DNA from: Bacteroidia bacterium
Lineage (GTDB): Bacteria; Bacteroidota; Bacteroidia; AKYH767-A; OLB10
DNA: 50,423 nt
Assembly (NCBI GenBank): GCA_013001815.1
Contig: JABDLV010000091.1
Coordinates: 1-50,423 of the forward strand
Reading direction: 5' to 3'
The position numbers and the translations under genes are program-made. Positions 26,214 to 34,279 of the stretch are shown here, piece by piece (positions within the stretch are counted from its first letter, which is position 1; the number at the start of each line of letters is the position of its first letter). Below the pieces are notes generated by a model. That model ran no database searches and was not told where the DNA came from. It saw only the letters and a program-made list of their open reading frames with translations.

Positions 26214-27836
26214 CTATTTAGAAAAAAGATTAGCAATTTTTTTAATCGTGCTATTATTTTTGATTGCTTTAAGTGCAGGTATATTTTGATATTTGCTCAG
26301 GTTCGTAGTAAGTTGATCAATTATGCCTTGTCTTTCAATGCACAGGCTTTCTAATTCGGCATAATTTTTTACCATTTTCGGTATTAGTTGCTCTATGTTT
26401 GATTTATACAATTCAATATGCTTTCTGCATACATAAGAAACTATTTTTTCTCTGTTCTCCGGTTTGTTGCTATTGGTAACCATTGATTGATCTTTTACCC
26501 GATAATCAAATAGAAATTTATCAATATGATGAAATTTCCAACCATGTTTATGAAGGTTAATCCAGGTTTCCCAATCTTCATAACCCAATTTCATGCTTTC
26601 ATCAAATCCACCTATTTGGTCAAGGGCTTCTTTTCTAACAACGGTGCAGGCATCAATATAGTTTTGATTTAGAAGTTCGGTGATTTCAAAATCTTTTACG
26701 GTTCTCATGAGAGAATGCTCACCAAAGAACCTTGGGTTGGCATAAACCACTGCAGTTTTATCATCCCTCTCCATTATTTCAATCGCCTCTAAAATATATC
26801 TTGTGTCCGCCTTATTATCAGCATCTAGAAATAGTATGTACTTACCCTTGCTAGCTTTTATTCCTGAATTTCGAGCATTGGATAAGCCTCCATTGATTTG
26901 ATTAATAACCTGAATATTACTTTCATTTATACTATCCAGTATTTCAATCGTAGTGCTATCTGTAGATCCATCATTTACAATGATAATATCATCAATAGTA
27001 TTTGTACTTGTTCTTAAGGCATAAAGTGCCTCATCTAAATAATGACCTTGATTATAACAAGGTATAATAACCGAAATTAAATTACTTAATGCAGTAGTTG
27101 ACTTCGCATCAAATTTCAATGCACTCATATTATGCAATGACTCTAATAGTTCTTTGTTTTTACTTTCTGAGAAAAATTCATTTCTCAACTTTGGTATATA
27201 CTCTCTTGAAATAGGTTCAGGTGTATAAAAAGAATAATCGCGGGCTTTTTGTCTATCTAATTTGTACCCCCATTTCTGGTGCAACAATTCTGCAACTTTA
27301 TACGGCTCTTGAATAAATGCATTGCTGCTTATCAATATTGATTTTTCCGAATTGGATTTAGCAAATTCAAGTATGTGTGAGTTGTACCAATTCCATATGT
27401 CATATACATACTGAGGGTTTTGCTCAATGATGGAATTGCCCGATTGAATTAGCGCCTGCTTTACTTCCCATGGATTTTGATACACTAATATAAAGTTGGC
27501 ATTTGGTAGGAGTGTTGAATAAAAATCAAGTGTAATTGCAGAATTTGGACTATGCCATGCTAAATTATTGGGTTGATGTGTGAATAGACTCTTTCCTACT
27601 GAGTGGAAACTTTCAATCTTTGCATAATTGAATTTTAGATCCTCGGTATATCCCCAGTCCGGTATTCCTTTGTGTCCACCTTTGCAGGCAGACCTATTTA
27701 TTTTGGTTTGAAAACTGTTAAGCGCTTTTTCAGAATTGACATCAAAATGAAATCCTGCAGATTGCAAGTATCTGGAAATTGCATCAGTGCCCGAACCATG
27801 CATACCTGTGATTATAAGTGGAGCATTAGTTGGCAT
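26214..27836 (-). CDS. Fusion protein: N-terminal sulfotransferase-like P-loop domain + C-terminal GT2 glycosyltransferase
   Basis: N-terminal LIITGMHGSGTDAISRYL is 5'-PSB-like and ILVYQNPWEVKQAL is 3'-PB-like but degenerate. The C-terminal half has ISVIIPCYNQGHYLDEAL, IIIVNDGSTD and LFLDADN. The GT2 half is secure; the sulfotransferase call is tentative. Confidence 0.6.
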   Translation of the reverse strand: MPTNAPLIITGMHGSGTDAISRYLQSAGFHFDVNSEKALNSFQTKINRSACKGGHKGIPDWGYTEDLKFNYAKIESFHSVGKSLFTHQPNNLAWHSPNSAITLDFYSTLLPNANFILVYQNPWEVKQALIQSGNSIIEQNPQYVYDIWNWYNSHILEFAKSNSEKSILISSNAFIQEPYKVAELLHQKWGYKLDRQKARDYSFYTPEPISREYIPKLRNEFFSESKNKELLESLHNMSALKFDAKSTTALSNLISVIIPCYNQGHYLDEALYALRTSTNTIDDIIIVNDGSTDSTTIEILDSINESNIQVINQINGGLSNARNSGIKASKGKYILFLDADNKADTRYILEAIEIMERDDKTAVVYANPRFFGEHSLMRTVKDFEITELLNQNYIDACTVVRKEALDQIGGFDESMKLGYEDWETWINLHKHGWKFHHIDKFLFDYRVKDQSMVTNSNKPENREKIVSYVCRKHIELYKSNIEQLIPKMVKNYAELESLCIERQGIIDQLTTNLSKYQNIPALKAIKNNSTIKKIANLFSK

Positions 27837-28599
27837 GTACTTTCGTTTTGTTTACCGGAAATAGGTTTTCGTAAAAAGAAATTACTTCATCAATTTGGCC
27901 CACCTTAACCACTTTGCCATCTTGCAAACAAGCTGCTTTATTGCAAATTCTACGTAATTCATCTGTACTATGCGTTACATATACAATGGTGCTTCCTTGT
28001 TTTCTTATTTCGTCTATTCGTTTAGCACATTTTTCTCTAAATCCTCTGTCCCCTACGGAAAGCGCCTCATCAACAATGAGAACCTCGGGTGTATTAGCCA
28101 CGGCAATACTAAAAGCAAGTCTCGACATCATGCCAGTAGAGTATCTTTTTACCTGCATGTTTATTGACTGTTCATTCAGTTCCGAAAAGGCAATAATATT
28201 TTTTAATGATTCTTCATACTCATCTTTTGTATACCCAATGAGTGTGCAAAGAAGTTTTATGTTTTCCAAGCCGCTTAGTTCCGGTTCTAATCCCACGCCT
28301 AATGCAAGCATTGGTGCAACCTTCCCTCTTACGGTTATTTCGCCACTATCTTGTTCTATAATTCCGGCAACAGCTCTTAGTAAAGTGCTCTTTCCAGATC
28401 CGTTTTTGCCAATCAAGCCAAAACAATCTCCTTTTTCAATTTGCAGATTAATATCATGAAGCACTTTTTTCTTTTCAAATAGTTTTTTCATGCCTAAACT
28501 CAAGAGCCATTGCTTCACAGAATTAATGCCGTAGCTCTGTACTAAAAAGCTAAAGTTTAAATTCTTTATATCAATAATTATTTCGTTGTTCTCTTGCAT
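27826..28599 (-). CDS. Polysaccharide-export ABC transporter ATP-binding protein (Wzt/TagH/KpsT-like, short form)
   Basis: Walker A GKNGSGKST, signature YSTGMMSRL and Walker B VLIVDEAL. The protein is 257 aa, with no C-terminal carbohydrate-binding extension. Confidence 0.85.
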   Translation of the reverse strand: MQENNEIIIDIKNLNFSFLVQSYGINSVKQWLLSLGMKKLFEKKKVLHDINLQIEKGDCFGLIGKNGSGKSTLLRAVAGIIEQDSGEITVRGKVAPMLALGVGLEPELSGLENIKLLCTLIGYTKDEYEESLKNIIAFSELNEQSINMQVKRYSTGMMSRLAFSIAVANTPEVLIVDEALSVGDRGFREKCAKRIDEIRKQGSTIVYVTHSTDELRRICNKAACLQDGKVVKVGQIDEVISFYENLFPVNKTKVHAN

Positions 28600-28600
28600 T

Positions 28601-29392
28601 TTAATAATAAGATATAAATCCTGCTCTAAATTTTTTATACGTTCTCATTCCTATGATTACCACTATCAAACTTAGTACTGTAGCTATTATTGCCGAGTTT
28701 AGCTCTGGCAATTCATTGTAATACAATACAGATTTTATCATCGTAAAATAATGATACAGTGGATTTAATTTTAATAGATATATGTATTGTGGTGGTATTA
28801 GCTGAAATGAATAAACAATGGGTGTAAAATAAAATAGGGCGGGTATTAATGAGGTCCAAAGCATTTCTACATCCCTAAAAAACACATTAAGAGTAGCAAG
28901 CGTTAAAGACACACCAAATAAAAACAAACACAGCAATGCAATAATGGGAAATATTAATAGATTCACCCATGAAAAAGTAAATCCTAACAATACCATAATG
29001 ATCATAAACGGCACCAATGAAAGCAAGAAGATAATCAATCCGGAAATGAGTGTAGATATTGGAAAGATTAAAGGAGATATGTTCATTGATTTTAGTATTC
29101 CCTTATTGGAAGTGATAGAGGTAAGCATTTGATTCGATGTAGTACTGAAGAACACCCAAAATATTAAACCTGTTAATGCAAACAGCGGGTAATTTTTAAT
29201 GTCGGGGAATACATTGCTAAAAACGATAGAGAATACAATCAAATAAATCAATGGATTAATCATGCTCCAAAAAATTCCGAGAAAAGAATTTTTGTACCGC
29301 ACTTTTACATCCTTCACGGCAACAGCAAGAACTAAATTGAAATTGCTTTTAATTTTAGCTGTTTTATGGCTTTTGTCGGCTGTAATACTCAT
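28601..29392 (-). CDS. ABC-2 type polysaccharide-export permease (Wzm/TagG-like)
   Basis: About 6 TM helices. It lies immediately upstream of the ATPase gene (1-nt gap) and has typical ABC-2 length and topology. Confidence 0.8.
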   Translation of the reverse strand: MSITADKSHKTAKIKSNFNLVLAVAVKDVKVRYKNSFLGIFWSMINPLIYLIVFSIVFSNVFPDIKNYPLFALTGLIFWVFFSTTSNQMLTSITSNKGILKSMNISPLIFPISTLISGLIIFLLSLVPFMIIMVLLGFTFSWVNLLIFPIIALLCLFLFGVSLTLATLNVFFRDVEMLWTSLIPALFYFTPIVYSFQLIPPQYIYLLKLNPLYHYFTMIKSVLYYNELPELNSAIIATVLSLIVVIIGMRTYKKFRAGFISYY

Positions 29393-29422
29393 CTACGTTA
29401 ATATGTGCATTTGAAAGGTGGG

Positions 29423-29460
29423 CAAAATTAATGATTTTGGGCAATTGCCCCTTAATTTTG
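29423..29460. promoter_or_regulatory. Divergent promoter region: two opposed TAATTTTG (-7-type) boxes flanking a perfect 12-bp palindrome GGGCAATTGCCC
   Basis: CAAAATTA at 29423-29430 reads TAATTTTG on the minus strand and lies about 30 nt from the wzm-like ATG. TAATTTTG at 29453-29460 on the plus strand lies about 29 nt from the TTG start at 29490. The palindrome is at 29439-29450. No well-spaced -33 TTG was found for either box. Confidence 0.45.
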
Positions 29461-29489
29461 TTATTTGCGCCCTAGAATAGCCTAATTCA

Positions 29490-30407
29490 TTGGAAAACCC
29501 GAAGGTATATATAATAATAGTCCATTTTGGCCAGGTAAGCGACACGGTGGCCTGCGTAGAATCTGTTTTAAAGCAGAATGCGAATTACGAGAAAATTGTA
29601 ATTGTCAATAATAGTGAGAATGAGGTTGATTGGAAAAAGCAGCTGAATGATCAATCTGGAAAATTGGAATTTATTATAACTGAAGCAAATAATGGATATG
29701 CATTTGCATGCAATACGGGTATGCAATTTGTGAGCAAAAATTACAATCCGGATTACTACTGGATATTGAATAATGATACGGAAGTGGATGAAGTCAGTTT
29801 AAAAACATTGTTGAATTGTGCTTCTGATAAAATAAACACTGGATTAATCGGGTCTAAAATATATCACATCAATAAAAGAAATGTATTGCAAGGTGTAGCC
29901 GGTGCATATAATAAAGTGCTGTGCGTAACCAAACATGTTGGTAAAGGAGAAACAGATAATGGTCAATTTGACGAGGGTAAATTTTCATTTGATTACCCCT
30001 TAGGTGTTTCGCTTTTTGTGCGAAAAGCATTTGTTGATGAAGTAGGAATGATGAGTGATGACTACTTTATTTATTTTGAAGAATTGGATTGGGCTTATCG
30101 CGCAAAGAAAACGAAGTGGGATGTGGGCATTTGCACCGCATCAAAGATTTATCATAAGGGAGGGGCCAGCACTGGAGCAATGAAAGAAAACAGAAATGCT
30201 AAATCTGCATTGTCTGATTTTCATGCAATAAGAAGTAGGGTTTTGTTTACGAACAAATACTTGAAAATGTATAAGCCATTTTTGTACCTGTTTTTGGGTA
30301 TTCTTTTTTTTGAAATGTTATTAAGGGGCAAAGCGCACCGAATAAAAATGATTTTTCGCTTATTAAAAAATCCAGAATTAAATTACGTTGAAGGGGAGTA
30401 TAGGTAA
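29490..30407 (+). CDS. GT2-family glycosyltransferase (rhamnosyltransferase-like)
   Basis: Motifs VYIIIVHFGQ, IVIVNNSENE and WILNNDTEV. There is an in-frame stop at 29478-29480 and no ATG before residue ~78, so the start must be TTG at 29490. Confidence 0.8.
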   Translation: MENPKVYIIIVHFGQVSDTVACVESVLKQNANYEKIVIVNNSENEVDWKKQLNDQSGKLEFIITEANNGYAFACNTGMQFVSKNYNPDYYWILNNDTEVDEVSLKTLLNCASDKINTGLIGSKIYHINKRNVLQGVAGAYNKVLCVTKHVGKGETDNGQFDEGKFSFDYPLGVSLFVRKAFVDEVGMMSDDYFIYFEELDWAYRAKKTKWDVGICTASKIYHKGGASTGAMKENRNAKSALSDFHAIRSRVLFTNKYLKMYKPFLYLFLGILFFEMLLRGKAHRIKMIFRLLKNPELNYVEGEYR

Positions 30408-30500
30408 GCACTGGTATTTAATAAGTTCTCTAAGCTGCCTGGTTTTAATTGAATTAATTATAATATCTTCGATACCGATTATAAAAAAGCAATAGAAATT

Positions 30501-31640
30501 TTGAAAGTTGCATTTGTACATGATTGGTTCTCTAAAGTTGGGGGTTCTGAAAAAGTAGCCAGAGAAATCATAAGTCTATATCCCGAATGTGATGTTTTTA
30601 CACTTGTAAATTTTTTAGAGGGAAAAGAAAAGGTAGACATTTTGCAAGGACATGATCCCAAAGTGTCATTCATTCAAAAACTACCAAGAGCTAAGGATAA
30701 GCATCAGTACTACTTGCCAATTTTTCCATACGCAATAGAGAAGTTTGATTTATCGGAATATGATTTAATCCTTTCTTCTTCACACGCAGTTTCTAAGGGC
30801 GTTTTAACAAACGCAAATCAAATACATGTTTGTTACTGCCATACACCAATGCGATATGCATGGGATTTGTATCATCAATATTTAAAACTAACCGGATTAA
30901 ACACGGGAATAAAATCTTTATTCGTAAAGCACACTTTAAATCGATTGCGAAATTGGGATCAACTTAGTTCACAACGAGTAGATTACTTTGTGGCTAACTC
31001 GTATTACGTTGGCAAAAGAATTAAAAAGAACTACGGAAGAGATTCGCATGTAATATACCCACCGGTTGATATTGATAAATTTAATTTACAGGAAGAGAAG
31101 AAGGACTACTACATGACTATGTCCAGAATGGTTCCTTACAAACGTATGGATTTAGTGGTAGAAGCTTTTTCTAAGATGCCGGATAAAAAGTTAATTGTGA
31201 TAGGTGATGGCCCTGATTTCAAAAAAATACAAAACCTCACCAAAGGATGTGATAATATTACCATGTTGGGCTATCAGCCAAATGAAACAGTGAAGAAATA
31301 CATGGAAGGCGCGAAAGCCTTTGTGTTTGCTGCGGATGAAGATTTCGGAATAACATCTATTGAAGCACAAGCCTGTGGAACTCCTGTGATTACTTATGGT
31401 AAGGGAGGATCTTTAGAAACTGTTATCAATAATAAAACGGGCAGGTATTTTAAAGAGCAAACCGTTGAAGAAATAGTGGATGCCGTTAGAGGTTTTGAAA
31501 AAGAAGGAATTGAATTTACTCCAGCTCAAATTAGAGAGCATGCTACCAATTTTGATCGTCATCGTTTTCGATACTTGTTTAAAGAGTATGTAGATGAAGT
31601 AACTCAGAAACATGAAGTCGGAAGCGTTCAACAAGCTTAA
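30501..31640 (+). CDS. GT4-family (GT-B) glycosyltransferase
   Basis: The N-terminus MKVAFVHDWFSKVGGSEKV is typical, and the E-x7-E region is EDFGITSIEAQACGTPVI. There is an in-frame stop at 30450-30452 and no upstream ATG, which implies a TTG start at 30501. Confidence 0.85.
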   Translation: MKVAFVHDWFSKVGGSEKVAREIISLYPECDVFTLVNFLEGKEKVDILQGHDPKVSFIQKLPRAKDKHQYYLPIFPYAIEKFDLSEYDLILSSSHAVSKGVLTNANQIHVCYCHTPMRYAWDLYHQYLKLTGLNTGIKSLFVKHTLNRLRNWDQLSSQRVDYFVANSYYVGKRIKKNYGRDSHVIYPPVDIDKFNLQEEKKDYYMTMSRMVPYKRMDLVVEAFSKMPDKKLIVIGDGPDFKKIQNLTKGCDNITMLGYQPNETVKKYMEGAKAFVFAADEDFGITSIEAQACGTPVITYGKGGSLETVINNKTGRYFKEQTVEEIVDAVRGFEKEGIEFTPAQIREHATNFDRHRFRYLFKEYVDEVTQKHEVGSVQQA

Positions 31641-32877
31641 TCAGATACAATATTATTCCTTGCTAGTTTTGGCAGCATTCCCAATGATGCCAAAGAAGAT
31701 TCAGTCTATAGCAATCATTGCTTTTGTGGTAATCAGTTTTATTGGAGTAATTCAACTCAACAAAGAACTATTTAAACGAAAATTAAAATGGATTCTGTTG
31801 TTTTCATCCATTTCATTGATTTACGGAGCTCTTATATTCTTTTCTGATGATACTTCCTCGGCAGTATTTCAAACAGAAAAGCGATTAAGTCTACTGGTAA
31901 TACCTTTTGCCTTTTTATTCTGGAATTGGAAGTTGGATGTAAAGCAGTTAAATGCAATTAAAACTGTATTTGTTGCTTCTTGCTTCTTAGTGGTTCTTCG
32001 ATTACTTGGAATATTGATTTATGCAGACTTCTTTCAAGAGGCCTGGAATCATCCTAACTTTTCTTTTATGATGCGTAATGCTGCAGAGAGCATTACGGGT
32101 TTTCATCCATCCTATTTAGCGCTTTATCTTTCTTTCTCTATATGCATACTATTGCTTTGGCTTTTGTTTCCGAAACAACAATTTAAAAAGCATACAAAAG
32201 GAATGATGGTCATTGGTATTTTAGTGTTCGTAATACTAATTTGGCTATTGGCTGCACGAATGCCCTTATTAGGCTTGTTTATTGCATTATTAACGATGGC
32301 GTTTTGGAAAGCGGCTAACATTAAAAAGTTTGCCCTAGTAACTGTTGTATTAATGGCAGTGTTGTTTGCAGCTGTATTCTTTTCTCCTTCTTTAAAACAA
32401 AGAAGCATGCAATTATTTAACAGTGGATTTAATATGCCTGCCGATGAAGATTTTAATGATACGAATGTGAGGTTGGCAATTTATACTTGCTCGCTTAAGC
32501 TATTAAAAGAAAACTGGTATAGCGGTTACCAACCGGGTGATGTGTATCAACACTTGAATGAATGTTATGAAAGTACTTTTAAATCTGATAAGCTAAGAGA
32601 GAAAAATTTTAACACACATAATGAGTACTTCAATATTTGGTTAGGTTGTGGTATTATTGGCTTTGCATTATTTTTAATGATGTTATTCTTGCCATTGAAG
32701 ATGGCATTGCGTGCAGATGAGAAACTATATGTGTTGTTTTTAATTTTATTTATGGTGAGCTGTCTTACGGAAAATGTATTATCCAGACAACATGGAATGG
32801 TGTTTTATGCAATACTAAATTCAATGCTATTTTTCAATAGAGTATTGCCAGCTAGTTATTCATCACGTACTCAATAA
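31612..32877 (+). CDS. O-antigen ligase/polymerase-family (Wzy_C-type) integral membrane protein
   Basis: At least 10 hydrophobic helices, a periplasmic-loop region, and the motif THNEYFNIWLGCGIIGF. The start may be a later Met (31684). Confidence 0.7.
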   Translation: MKSEAFNKLNQIQYYSLLVLAAFPMMPKKIQSIAIIAFVVISFIGVIQLNKELFKRKLKWILLFSSISLIYGALIFFSDDTSSAVFQTEKRLSLLVIPFAFLFWNWKLDVKQLNAIKTVFVASCFLVVLRLLGILIYADFFQEAWNHPNFSFMMRNAAESITGFHPSYLALYLSFSICILLLWLLFPKQQFKKHTKGMMVIGILVFVILIWLLAARMPLLGLFIALLTMAFWKAANIKKFALVTVVLMAVLFAAVFFSPSLKQRSMQLFNSGFNMPADEDFNDTNVRLAIYTCSLKLLKENWYSGYQPGDVYQHLNECYESTFKSDKLREKNFNTHNEYFNIWLGCGIIGFALFLMMLFLPLKMALRADEKLYVLFLILFMVSCLTENVLSRQHGMVFYAILNSMLFFNRVLPASYSSRTQ

Positions 32878-33505
32878 TGTTTGCACCCATTTTAAGGGCA
32901 CTGCTTCTGGCTTTGTCAGAATCATTATGTACTTCCTTGTCTTCCCAGCCATCGCCTAAATCAGATTCTACAGAGTAAAAACAAACCAATCTGCCATCAT
33001 GCACAATACCATAACCACTGGGGGCTTTGTTATCATGCTCATGAATTTTTGGTAAGCCATTATTAAAGTCAAATGTTTGGTGGTAAATAGGGTGGTCAAA
33101 TGGAAGCTCTACAAACTCATGCTCAGGAAAAACCTTTTTCATTTGCGGACGAATGAATTTATCCATTCCGTAGTTATCATCTATATGCAAAAAGCCACCA
33201 CCTAATAAGTAGTTTCTTAAATTTTCTGCTTCATCCATAGAAAAAACAACGTTGCCATGTCCGGTCATATGTACAAACGGATAGTTAAACAATTCAGGAC
33301 TACCCACTTCAATCACTCCTTGTTCCGTGCTAATGTTCATCCCTAAATTTTGATTGCAATATTTTGCCAGGTTAGGTAATGATGTTTCCAGGTTAGCATA
33401 CCAATCACCACCACCGGAATATTTCATTAAACAAAGTTTAAAAGAGGGTGGGGGAGCAAATGCTGTAAAAGCAAATAAGATAATAATAGCAAAGACTTTT
33501 TTCAT
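32852..33505 (-). CDS. DUF4159-like secreted protein
   Basis: Signal peptide plus motifs YSGGGDWY, FVHMTGHGNVVFS and GGFLHIDDNYG, as I recall for DUF4159 (GATase1-like fold). Confidence 0.65.
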   Translation of the reverse strand: MKKVFAIIILFAFTAFAPPPSFKLCLMKYSGGGDWYANLETSLPNLAKYCNQNLGMNISTEQGVIEVGSPELFNYPFVHMTGHGNVVFSMDEAENLRNYLLGGGFLHIDDNYGMDKFIRPQMKKVFPEHEFVELPFDHPIYHQTFDFNNGLPKIHEHDNKAPSGYGIVHDGRLVCFYSVESDLGDGWEDKEVHNDSDKARSSALKMGANIIEYVMNN

Positions 33506-33544
33506 TGTTGTTCTTTTCAGTTCTAAAACTAATGAATATTTGCT

Positions 33545-34255
33545 TTATTGTTTTAGCTGATTCAAAGATTTTATTATTTGGCTTACCACAATCCCGGCAG
33601 TTTCTGTTCTTAATCGATTTGCTCCTAAATCAATGTTCTCAAAACCCTTGCTATTAGCCAGCTCTACTTCTTCATGCATAAAATCACCTTCAGGTCCTAT
33701 TAAGATGAGAACGCGTCCTTTATTAGCAGCCAGTTTTTCAAGGCTTGTGCGATTATCTGTTTGGCAAGACGCAATGTATTTGCCATCTACATCTTCTTCA
33801 TTTAGAATTTCACTAAATGGAGTTAAGTCATCCAGTTGAGGTATAAAAGCATTTTGCGATTGCTTGGCTGCTGCCTGGGCTACTCGTTCAACACGATCGT
33901 ATCTTAGTTTTTTGCGTTCTGTTCTTTTGCAAACAATTGGAGTTATTCTATCTATGCCAATTTCTATGGCCTTGTCTAAAAAGTTTTCGTAGCGTTCCGT
34001 TTGTTTGGTGGGTGAGATGCCAATGTGTAAATAGTAATCTCTCTTATTATACTGCAATTGCCTATCCAGTATTTTTACTTTTACTTTTTTAGGGTTTGTT
34101 TTCAGTATTTCGCAAAGATAAAATCCACCCTTACCATCAATTACATTTATTTTTGTTTCAGGATGCAATCGCAGAACCTTTACGCAATGGTAAGATTCGT
34201 TTTCATCTAAAGAAGTGCCTCCTTGCGAAAAAGAAGGGCAATAAAAGATGTGCAT
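33545..34255 (-). CDS. rsmE: 16S rRNA (uracil1498-N3)-methyltransferase
   Basis: Motifs MHIFYCP, LILIGPEGDF..EEV and LGANRLRTETAG are typical RsmE/SPOUT motifs. Confidence 0.85.
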   Translation of the reverse strand: MHIFYCPSFSQGGTSLDENESYHCVKVLRLHPETKINVIDGKGGFYLCEILKTNPKKVKVKILDRQLQYNKRDYYLHIGISPTKQTERYENFLDKAIEIGIDRITPIVCKRTERKKLRYDRVERVAQAAAKQSQNAFIPQLDDLTPFSEILNEEDVDGKYIASCQTDNRTSLEKLAANKGRVLILIGPEGDFMHEEVELANSKGFENIDLGANRLRTETAGIVVSQIIKSLNQLKQ

Positions 34256-34279
34256 AAGAAATGTTTGTTTAGACTGTTA

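Noticed and set aside
27914-28459. A 181-aa plus-strand ORF, plus a 65-aa one at 27970-28167, opposite the wzt-like ATPase gene.
   Set aside because: The minus-strand frame carries intact Walker A, signature and Walker B motifs. The antisense translation is Ser/Phe/Leu-rich with no recognisable domain.
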